Positions 7,245-14,043 of a DNA stretch of 17,078 nucleotides are shown here, piece by piece (position 1 is the stretch's first letter; each line of letters opens with the position of its first letter). The stretch covers positions 1-17,078 of the forward strand of contig DASZRG010000011.1 of assembly GCA_035549295.1 (NCBI GenBank), written 5' to 3'. The notes under the pieces are model-generated. The model was given only the letters and a program-made list of their open reading frames with translations. It was not told the origin of the DNA and did no database searches. The DNA is from Patescibacteria group bacterium. Lineage in GTDB: Bacteria > Patescibacteriota > Microgenomatia > Levybacterales > GWA1-39-11. Made by a program: the position numbers and the translations under genes.

Positions 7245-7873
7245 TGGTGTTTTTTGAATCTCTAGCGTTTTTATTAATAGGATACCTCTTGGGTTCCTTT
7301 CCTACAGCATATATAGTTGTAAAACAAGCAACAGGAAAAGATATTAGACTTGAGGAGACGGGTAATGTAGGCGCTATGAATACTGCTCGTACAACGGGTA
7401 AGCCTCACCTTTTCCTTCTCGTATTTTTAATAGATTTCCTAAAAGGATATCTCGGTATTTTTCTTCCACAATATTTTTTAGGTAGTGATGCGACACTCGC
7501 GATCGCGGCAGGGGCATTTGGAGTTGTTCTGGGTCACTGTTATTCAATATATTTTAAACTGAAGGATGGAAAATTTGCTGGAGGCAAGGCAATTGCATCT
7601 CTTGCAGGTATATTAGCTGGCCTCAATTTTATGCACCTTCTTCTTCCTTGGGGTATCGCAATGTGTATTCCAGTAATTCTCGCCGGCAACCTGCTTCTTG
7701 GTCAATTTGCTGGGACTGTCGCACTTCCATTTATTGGTTTGTTTCTAGCTCCAGAATATTTTCTTTTGACTATTCTCTGTGCCATACCCATTTTTATAAA
7801 GCAATGGCCGAGAGTTATTCCTGCATTATCTGGGAAAGAGCCAAAATGGTATTTTAAAGGCAAGAAAAAATGA
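7244..7873 (+). CDS. Second PlsY-like acyltransferase paralogue
   Basis: 209 aa multi-pass protein with GSFPTAYIVVKQATGKDIRLEETGNVGAMNTARTTG and GHCYSIYFKLKDGKFAGGKAIASLAGI, corresponding to PlsY motifs. 1-nt overlap (TAATG) with the upstream gene. Confidence 0.83.
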   Translation: MVFFESLAFLLIGYLLGSFPTAYIVVKQATGKDIRLEETGNVGAMNTARTTGKPHLFLLVFLIDFLKGYLGIFLPQYFLGSDATLAIAAGAFGVVLGHCYSIYFKLKDGKFAGGKAIASLAGILAGLNFMHLLLPWGIAMCIPVILAGNLLLGQFAGTVALPFIGLFLAPEYFLLTILCAIPIFIKQWPRVIPALSGKEPKWYFKGKKK

Positions 7874-8748
7874 AAAAAATCTACGAATACATCTTTATAG
7901 TTCTTCTAATTCTTCTTGCTATTTTTTCCTACACTTCATATCGTGCTCACGCAGCACTTGCACTACATGTAAGTCCTGGGACAGATACTCCAGCCAAATA
8001 CGGTCTTAAATATCAGGATAGATATTTTATGACGTCGGACAACGTAAAAATCGCTTCTTGGTACATACCTGTTAAAGATTCAAAAGCTGTAGTTATTTTA
8101 GTTCACGGATTTCAATCATCTCAAGGTGGAAAAGCCCTCATGCTATCTCATGCTCAATATCTCAATAAGGCTGGATATTCAACGCTTCTTATAGATCTGC
8201 GCTCAATGGGTTATACTGCTGGCAATAAAGTGACGCTAGGTATAAATGAATGGAAAGATGCTGAGGCAGCGTATGACTATGCCAAATCTCTCCCCGAGAA
8301 CAAGGGCAAGAAGATTGGTTTTATGGGTAATTCCATGGGGGCCGCGACTTCACTTATCGAGCGCGGAATAACTGGAAAGGGCGATTTTGTAATAGCATCA
8401 GTTCCCTATGCTAATTTTACAAGTCTTCTCAAATTTCAGATCGAACGCGAGGGGTTACCGCCGCTAGTGTTCTACCCGTTTTTGAGGCTTTCAACAGCAA
8501 TTGAGCTGGGTCTTCACTATGCTTATTATTCGCCTGCAAATTGGGTTGGCAAGATTGATGTACCAGTTTTTCTTATTTCGGCAGCACATGACAATGAAGT
8601 AAATAGTCTTGATGCAAAATCGTTGTACAACGAAGTCCATGCACCCAAAGAGTATTGGCAAGCAAACGCTGGTCATGATATATATAAAGATCAACCACAG
8701 CAATTCAAAACAAAAGTTCTTGCCTTCCTCTCAAAGATAAAGAGCTAG
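7870..8748 (+). CDS. Membrane-anchored alpha/beta hydrolase (serine aminopeptidase/lysophospholipase-like)
   Basis: 292 aa. N-terminal TM segment, VVILVHGFQSSQGG, GxSxG as GFMGNSMGAA, later PVFLISAAHDNEV and NAGHDIY. ATGA overlap with the upstream gene. Confidence 0.85.
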   Translation: MKKIYEYIFIVLLILLAIFSYTSYRAHAALALHVSPGTDTPAKYGLKYQDRYFMTSDNVKIASWYIPVKDSKAVVILVHGFQSSQGGKALMLSHAQYLNKAGYSTLLIDLRSMGYTAGNKVTLGINEWKDAEAAYDYAKSLPENKGKKIGFMGNSMGAATSLIERGITGKGDFVIASVPYANFTSLLKFQIEREGLPPLVFYPFLRLSTAIELGLHYAYYSPANWVGKIDVPVFLISAAHDNEVNSLDAKSLYNEVHAPKEYWQANAGHDIYKDQPQQFKTKVLAFLSKIKS

Positions 8749-8781
8749 TGCAGCTAGTAGATTTTGCTCTAGGAATGTGCC

Positions 8782-8787
8782 TACAAT
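8782..8787 (+). promoter_or_regulatory. -10-like TACAAT ending 6 nt before the ATG at 8794
   Basis: TACAAT (5/6 of TATAAT), 6-nt gap ATATCA, then ATG. No convincing -35. Confidence 0.35.
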
Positions 8788-8793
8788 ATATCA

Positions 8794-9987
8794 ATGCCCA
8801 TTATTTCGGAGTTTGTTCTGTATATTATTTTGTTTGTAGCGATTCTTGTTCTTCTGAGTATAATCGCCCATTTTTTGAATTTTAAAATCACAGATCTTTT
8901 CAAGCGCAGTAAGCGAAATTCAGCTCAGGGTAACAATGAAATTGTTCTTATTACAGATATTTCATTTAGTATTATCTCGGCAAACGATGCAGCTGAACAA
9001 GCTCTTCAGATGTTTGACTCAGAAATTCTCCACAAAAATATTTTCGACGTCTTACTTGTAAGGGATCAAAATAATACCCTTCTTTCAACAAAAACTCCAG
9101 AAATAGCCGAAGCTGCAGCAGGAAAAGTAGTAGTTATGGAGAAGCTCAGGCTTTTTAGAAAAAACCGCGCTGTATCTTTTCAGGAAATTGATTTGCAAAT
9201 CAGGCCAATAACAAATATTGATGGAACAGTTGGTCAGATGACTTTTATTGTAAATGCCGTAGGTCAGAAAAATACAAGTATTAACAATCATATAGATGTT
9301 GAGGTTGCAAGAATTCGGCATCAAGCACTTATTAGTCAGCTAAAAGAAGGTCTCCAAAAAAATGGACTTTGGGATTTGAAAAACATTACAGAGCTTGTTC
9401 GAAGTTCTGAGATCGATCTTCTTAATGCACTTGAAATAGAGCACGCAAAACTCAACGAAGACAAATCTTTAATTGACGTTGCAAATACATGTCGTCAAAT
9501 TGTTGACTCCGAGAAGGAATTTGCAACTGCCCTCAAATCATCTGTCATATTTTCGCTACCCGATTTTGGAGAAAAAGATGTTGCAGCCCTTATCCCGGCA
9601 GGAGCAACGATTGATCCAAATCTTCTAACTGCACCATTTTTTACAGCGCCAGTTAATGCAAAATGGTTTGATATTCTTATTCGGAAAACACTAGATGTTT
9701 CGCTTATGATTGTCCCAAATGGAAATAATTCATCAGTCAGCTTTACCGTAACTCGCGAAAATAAATCTGCACTGATTATCAACATCATGACGACAGCATA
9801 TTTGACTGAGGAGCAAGTTAAACTGTTATTCATTCCATATTACGGCGATCTGACTAGGTCAACTAACCTAAGATGGGGATCGGGTCTTGAAGGGCACCTT
9901 GCTAGCACTATTTCCCAAATGTTATCTGTTCCAATTGTGGTTAGTACTCAGCCGACAGTTTCATTTACAGTAAAACTTCCAAAATAA
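8794..9987 (+). CDS. Membrane-anchored PAS-domain protein with a degenerate histidine-kinase-like C-terminus
   Basis: 397 aa. N-terminal TM (SEFVLYIILFVAILVLLSIIAHFL) and a PAS-like region (IVLITDISFSIISANDAAEQAL). C-terminal LLFIPYYGD...WGSGLEGHLASTISQMLSVPIVVSTQPTVSFTVKLPK resembles the G2-box end of HATPase_c without intact N and G1 boxes. Confidence 0.65.
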   Translation: MPIISEFVLYIILFVAILVLLSIIAHFLNFKITDLFKRSKRNSAQGNNEIVLITDISFSIISANDAAEQALQMFDSEILHKNIFDVLLVRDQNNTLLSTKTPEIAEAAAGKVVVMEKLRLFRKNRAVSFQEIDLQIRPITNIDGTVGQMTFIVNAVGQKNTSINNHIDVEVARIRHQALISQLKEGLQKNGLWDLKNITELVRSSEIDLLNALEIEHAKLNEDKSLIDVANTCRQIVDSEKEFATALKSSVIFSLPDFGEKDVAALIPAGATIDPNLLTAPFFTAPVNAKWFDILIRKTLDVSLMIVPNGNNSSVSFTVTRENKSALIINIMTTAYLTEEQVKLLFIPYYGDLTRSTNLRWGSGLEGHLASTISQMLSVPIVVSTQPTVSFTVKLPK

Positions 9988-10431
9988 CTAAACCAGTTGC
10001 TTGACCTTTGCGACAATTTCTTCGAGGCTAACATTTGATTTTATGAGAAAGTCGACAGCGTTAAAATAAAATTTAGTTTCATGCATATTGTCACTTGTTC
10101 CGGCATTTGTAAGCATAAGAACAGGAAGATTTTTGAATTCAGACATCTCTCTTAGTTTGGTAAGCATTTGTCTACCATCCATGATAGGCATCATGATATC
10201 AAGTATTACAAGGTCCGGTTTGTTTTGAGATATAGAACTAAGTCCAAGCTGACCGTTTTCTGCTTTAAAAGTTTCATATCCAGCTCCTTTTAACTTAACT
10301 TCTAACGCATCGGCTAATAGTTTTTCATCCTCAACTATTAAAATTTTTTTTGTAGGTGTGGCGACAGTTGCAGTTTGATTGATCGTGGGTTCAGCTTTTT
10401 TATTTCCCATTAAATCTTGTAAGAATCCCAT
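9988..10431 (-). CDS. Single-domain response regulator (CheY-like receiver)
   Basis: 147 aa. KILIVEDEKLLADALEVKL, VILDIMMPIMDG, VLMLTNAG and FLIKSN form a complete receiver domain with no output domain. Confidence 0.93.
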   Translation of the reverse strand: MGFLQDLMGNKKAEPTINQTATVATPTKKILIVEDEKLLADALEVKLKGAGYETFKAENGQLGLSSISQNKPDLVILDIMMPIMDGRQMLTKLREMSEFKNLPVLMLTNAGTSDNMHETKFYFNAVDFLIKSNVSLEEIVAKVKQLV

Positions 10432-10438
10432 AATTGTA

Positions 10439-10468
10439 ATAATAAATTTTGAGCCTGATAAAAGTCAA
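10439..10468 (-). promoter_or_regulatory. Promoter for the response regulator: TTGACT-N18-TATTAT
   Basis: -35 TTGACT at 10468-10463, 18-nt spacer, -10 TATTAT at 10444-10439, then 7 nt to the ATG at 10431. Confidence 0.55.
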
Positions 10469-10499
10469 TCTATCAGTTTAAAAACTAAATAATCGCAGT

Positions 10500-11849
10500 C
10501 TACCTGTCCCCTGTGGAATTTCCTGCAATTGGCAGGCTAAACCAGAAGGTTGTTCCATGATTAACTTCACTTTTATACCAAATTTTCCCTTTTGAAATTT
10601 CAACAATAGCTTTCACTAAATACAGACCGAGCCCGGTACCATCGCGTTCTGTATCTCGTATATTGTTTCCGCGATAAAATTTGTCAAACACTCGCGCTTT
10701 CTCCTCCTCGGGTATTCCATATCCATTATCTTTTACCTCAGATACGATGTCTCCCTCTTTGATGGCGATTGATAGTGATATTTCACCACCACCTTGCGTA
10801 TACTTGATGCCATTCGTTAGTAAATTCATGTACACCTGTCTAATTAGATTTTGATCAATATTTATCTCTGGGAGATTGTCAGGAATTTCAACTTTGAGAT
10901 TCTGCTTTTTCTCATCGGCCCTAAATTTTACGTCAGCGACAACAGTATCAACTAGTTTTTTTAGATCTGTTGGTTTTGCCTCAACGATGATTTTTCCTGT
11001 TTCAATCCTCGAAATATTAAGAAGGGCATTTACAAGATCTATCATGCGCAGCGTTGATGTGTTTATATTTGCTGCAAATTCTCCTTGTTTTGGCTGCAGC
11101 TGTCCAGCATCACCTGCGATCAGCATTTCCGTATACCATCTTATTGCAGACAGCGGAGTTTTTAATTGATGTGAAGCAAGTGAAATAAACTCTGTTTTCA
11201 TACTATCGATATTTTTTTCTGTTGTAACGTCTCGGAAAAGTGTAATCGTTCCGAGTACTTCATCGCCTTCAGTGTAAGAGGTAACTGTTGTTGCTGCCGG
11301 AAATTTCGTCCCATTGCGCCTGACAAAGTACAAGGAATAGTCACCTGCTGCTGACTTGCTTGTTACTCGATTTGGTTCAAAATCAGTTAGGGCCGCGTCT
11401 TCTCTGAATTTTTCTTCACCATACTGAATTTTGACAACATCTTGAAGATGTTTTCCGGCGGCTTCCTGCGCAGGCCAGCCCAAAAGCGACTCTGCTGCCT
11501 TATTAAACGTAATTATATTTCCAGTTTTATCAGTAACGATTAGACCATCTCCAATGTTTGCGAGAACGGCTTCGTATTTCAGTTTTTCAGTTTGATTTAT
11601 TCCAGCTTCAGGGACAATTTTACCTTTCCCTAAATTTGAAACTTTCTGAGAAATGCCGTATTTGAAATATATTTTTAAAAAATAGACAAGAGAATATAGG
11701 AATATTACTTCAAGAGCAAGCCAGCAGAAAAATTGAAAGAGTTCACGAGCGAACAACAATTCAAAAATAAAAAGATTAGTCGCGATAAAAATTGTGACTA
11801 GGAAATATAAAAGGAGATGGTGTAGTAATTTCACAAAATAAATCCTCAT
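10500..11849 (-). CDS. PAS-domain sensor histidine kinase
   Basis: 449 aa. Two N-terminal TM segments, PAS (ANIGDGLIVTDKTGNIITFNKAAE), H-box SLASHQLKTPLSAIRW, N-box NLLTNGIKY, G1 VKDNGYGI, G2 GTGLGLYLVK. Confidence 0.95.
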   Translation of the reverse strand: MRIYFVKLLHHLLLYFLVTIFIATNLFIFELLFARELFQFFCWLALEVIFLYSLVYFLKIYFKYGISQKVSNLGKGKIVPEAGINQTEKLKYEAVLANIGDGLIVTDKTGNIITFNKAAESLLGWPAQEAAGKHLQDVVKIQYGEEKFREDAALTDFEPNRVTSKSAAGDYSLYFVRRNGTKFPAATTVTSYTEGDEVLGTITLFRDVTTEKNIDSMKTEFISLASHQLKTPLSAIRWYTEMLIAGDAGQLQPKQGEFAANINTSTLRMIDLVNALLNISRIETGKIIVEAKPTDLKKLVDTVVADVKFRADEKKQNLKVEIPDNLPEINIDQNLIRQVYMNLLTNGIKYTQGGGEISLSIAIKEGDIVSEVKDNGYGIPEEEKARVFDKFYRGNNIRDTERDGTGLGLYLVKAIVEISKGKIWYKSEVNHGTTFWFSLPIAGNSTGDR

Positions 11850-11928
11850 ATTAGATTGACATAAACGAGGCTATAAATCAATTAAGCTCTAGATCGATAA
11901 TTTTTAATTGCGGATAATTTATTATTTA

Positions 11929-11943
11929 ATTATTGACAATAAT
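11929..11943. promoter_or_regulatory. Perfect odd palindrome ATTATTG-A-CAATAAT overlapping the -35 of the glutamine synthetase promoter (candidate operator)
   Basis: 7-bp arms around a central A, with TTGACA embedded at 11933-11938. The background is AT-rich, so chance is possible. Confidence 0.35.
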
Positions 11944-11961
11944 ATTAATTACTGCTAAATT
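11933..11961 (+). promoter_or_regulatory. Promoter for glutamine synthetase: TTGACA-N17-TAAATT with TGC extension
   Basis: -35 TTGACA 11933-11938, 17-nt spacer, TAAATT 11956-11961 preceded by TGC 11953-11955. 33 nt to the ATG at 11995. Confidence 0.55.
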
Positions 11962-11994
11962 AATGTTAATTAATTATAAAATTCTATTAATTTA

Positions 11995-13431
11995 ATGAAT
12001 AATAATTCTTCGATCAAGGATTTTCTCGAACTATCCTACTCAGAGCTTGAATCCCTTAATCTTAAAGCGCTTGCAAATATTGATACAAAATCAGATAGCG
12101 AGATGGAAGAAGAATACAAGGCATACCTTTTGAAAGAAAAGAGGATAAAGGCAATAACGATCTGTTTTTCAGACATAGAGGGCCGACTTCACGCGCTTGA
12201 TTATGATAAAAAGTTTTTGCTAGATTCGCTGAATAATCTAACTTTTGATGGATCATCGATTAGAGGTTTTTCCGCGCAAATTGAGTCAGATTTGAGGCTG
12301 AAAATTGACTGGTCGAGTATTAGATATCTTCCATCAGACGTTTTCGGACCTGGAAAAGTAATATTTTTCGCAAGCGTGCTGAATCGCGACAGGACGCCTT
12401 ATGAGGCAGATTTTCGCGGGCAGCTTATTGAATATACAAAAAAACTAAAAACTGACAAAGGCGTTTCTGCTTATGCGGCCGCAGAAATAGAAGGATTTTT
12501 GGTCGACCGTGTAAATGCTGAACAGACTTATGTCGAGAATGGTAAGTTTGACTTAGTTACAACTGGAGGGTATTTTCACTCACTTCCCATGGACACTTTG
12601 CGACTTTTTATTGACAAATCAGCTGAAGCGCATCGAGCGATGGGATTTAGAAACGAAAAAGATCATCCTGAAGTTGCTCCCTCTCAATTCGAGATGAATT
12701 TTTCTTATTCAGATGTTGTTCGGGCATCAGACAATATCCAGCTATACAAACTCGTTTGTCGCCAAGTAGCTCGAAATATGGGTCTTACTGCGACGTTTTT
12801 GCCAAAACCTCTTATGGGAATTAATGGATCTGGTATGCATACCAATTTTTCACTTGTTAAGAACGGGAAAAATATTTTTTATGAAAAATCGGGTCAGGAT
12901 GGTCTTTCTAAGCTTGCTTGGGATTTTATCATGAGGCTTCTCAATCATGCTCCCGAAATATGTTTAGTCTTAAATTCGTCAGTTAATGCTTATCGGAGAT
13001 TAGACCCACATTTTGAAGCCCCAAATCAAATAAAAGTCTCACCAATTGATCGTGGTTCTATGGTGAGAATACCTGTTGGCAATGAAAAAACTGCTCGAAT
13101 TGAGGTCAGATCTGTCGCGCCAGACGCCAATCCTTACCTTGTTCTGTATACAATTCTTAGAGTCGGACTTGAGGGGCAAAGGCTCGAGAAAGATACTGAT
13201 AAAAGAGATCGTTTGAGATTTTTGCCCGACAACATAAACGATGCGATAAGACTTTTTAAAGCAAGCGCTTTGATAGAGGAAATATTGGGAGAGGAAACTT
13301 CGGGAAAATATGCTGGCTACAAGCAGTTGGTAGCTGACAGAAGTCCTAAAGAGCTTGGAACACAAGTTAAATCGTCAGAAATTCTGTATCATCACGAAGT
13401 TACAAACCAATTCCTCTGGAACCAGTTCTAG
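11995..13431 (+). CDS. glnA: Glutamine synthetase type I-like, lacking the usual adenylylation loop
   Basis: 478 aa. DGSSIRGFS, EVAPSQFEMNF, LPKPLMGINGSGMHTNFSL, VNAYRRLDPHFEAPNQ, EVRSVAPDANPYLV. Confidence 0.9.
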   Translation: MNNNSSIKDFLELSYSELESLNLKALANIDTKSDSEMEEEYKAYLLKEKRIKAITICFSDIEGRLHALDYDKKFLLDSLNNLTFDGSSIRGFSAQIESDLRLKIDWSSIRYLPSDVFGPGKVIFFASVLNRDRTPYEADFRGQLIEYTKKLKTDKGVSAYAAAEIEGFLVDRVNAEQTYVENGKFDLVTTGGYFHSLPMDTLRLFIDKSAEAHRAMGFRNEKDHPEVAPSQFEMNFSYSDVVRASDNIQLYKLVCRQVARNMGLTATFLPKPLMGINGSGMHTNFSLVKNGKNIFYEKSGQDGLSKLAWDFIMRLLNHAPEICLVLNSSVNAYRRLDPHFEAPNQIKVSPIDRGSMVRIPVGNEKTARIEVRSVAPDANPYLVLYTILRVGLEGQRLEKDTDKRDRLRFLPDNINDAIRLFKASALIEEILGEETSGKYAGYKQLVADRSPKELGTQVKSSEILYHHEVTNQFLWNQF

Positions 13432-13961
13432 GTAAATATTTCTGCTACATCATCATTTGAAAGTTGGTTCCATGGGGTTAGGACAAAATCAACACCGTGA
13501 TCTCTTAAATATTTTTCATAAGCGCGTGTATCCATTTTTTCGGTAACGAAGGTTACACCCAACATCTCACGTGTTAGATCTGCAATGGCATCTTCGCTTG
13601 ATGCCCGATTAAATTCGGTTATTCCATACTTTGAAACAATCATTTCATGGGCATCGCCAACTCTTTTAAGAAAATCTGCAAGAGTCGGAATTCTTGATGG
13701 TCTATTGGGTATTTCAGAAGCATTGATATGTGAGTGTATTATTTTTCTTGTGGGATTAATTCCTTTCCATGGCGCAACGAACGAGATTCCTCGTCTCACT
13801 ACCCATACGTTTCCCTCTTTGGTTATTATGCTTTCAGTTTGTAACTTGGGAAGGCTGATTAAAAAATCCCGCGATGGCGCGCTCGGAAGAACCGAAGATT
13901 CAAATCCTCGTTCGTGAACGAGTGCATCATTTTGTGGTAATAATTTTTGATCTTGAGACAT
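13428..13961 (-). CDS. Protein of unknown function; tentative remote JAMM/MPN-like motif
   Basis: 177 aa intact ORF with its own promoter-like sequence. Contains KIIHSHINASEIPNRPSRIPTLADF. Stop shared with glnA in a CTAG overlap. Confidence 0.6.
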   Translation of the reverse strand: MSQDQKLLPQNDALVHERGFESSVLPSAPSRDFLISLPKLQTESIITKEGNVWVVRRGISFVAPWKGINPTRKIIHSHINASEIPNRPSRIPTLADFLKRVGDAHEMIVSKYGITEFNRASSEDAIADLTREMLGVTFVTEKMDTRAYEKYLRDHGVDFVLTPWNQLSNDDVAEIFT

Positions 13962-13967
13962 CTGGGT

Positions 13968-13996
13968 AATTTACCTCAATCTGAGGCTAAAGTCAA
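13968..13996 (-). promoter_or_regulatory. Promoter TTGACT-N17-TAAATT for the 177-aa ORF
   Basis: -35 TTGACT at 13996-13991, 17-nt spacer, -10 TAAATT at 13973-13968, then 6 nt (ACCCAG) and the ATG at 13961. Confidence 0.55.
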
Positions 13997-14000
13997 TAAT

Positions 14001-14029
14001 TTGCCGAAAACAACGACAGGTTTTATAAT
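14001..14029 (+). promoter_or_regulatory. Promoter TTGCCG-N17-TATAAT for the nuclease gene
   Basis: -35 TTGCCG 14001-14006, 17-nt spacer, consensus TATAAT 14024-14029, 14 nt to the ATG at 14044. Confidence 0.6.
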
Positions 14030-14043
14030 TCATTTACTGCGTT

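Noticed and set aside
7648-7857. Plus-strand 69-aa ORF inside the second plsY-like gene
   Set aside because: Alternate frame of a coding sequence with clear PlsY motifs in the main frame; no frameshift needed because the main ORF is intact.
9495-9833. Minus-strand 112-aa ORF opposite the PAS protein
   Set aside because: I considered that the odd C-terminus of the PAS protein might be non-coding. The main frame retains a GSGLEGHLA...SFTVKLP pattern, so the antisense ORF is the more likely artefact.
11850-11994. tRNA or structured ncRNA in the largest intergenic region
   Set aside because: The 145-bp gap is extremely AT-rich with no cloverleaf or GC-rich stem; it is explained better as a promoter/regulatory region.
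13411-13431. Intrinsic terminator from CTGGAACCAG near the glnA 3' end
   Set aside because: The arms leave only a 2-nt loop and there is no following T-tract, so it is unlikely to form a functional terminator.
13585-13917. Plus-strand 110-aa ORF opposite the unknown 177-aa gene
   Set aside because: Both strands are open, so this was weighed carefully. The minus-strand ORF is longer, has a TTGACT-N17-TAAATT promoter 6 nt from its ATG and a CTAG stop overlap with glnA, while the plus ORF starts and ends inside it without signals.
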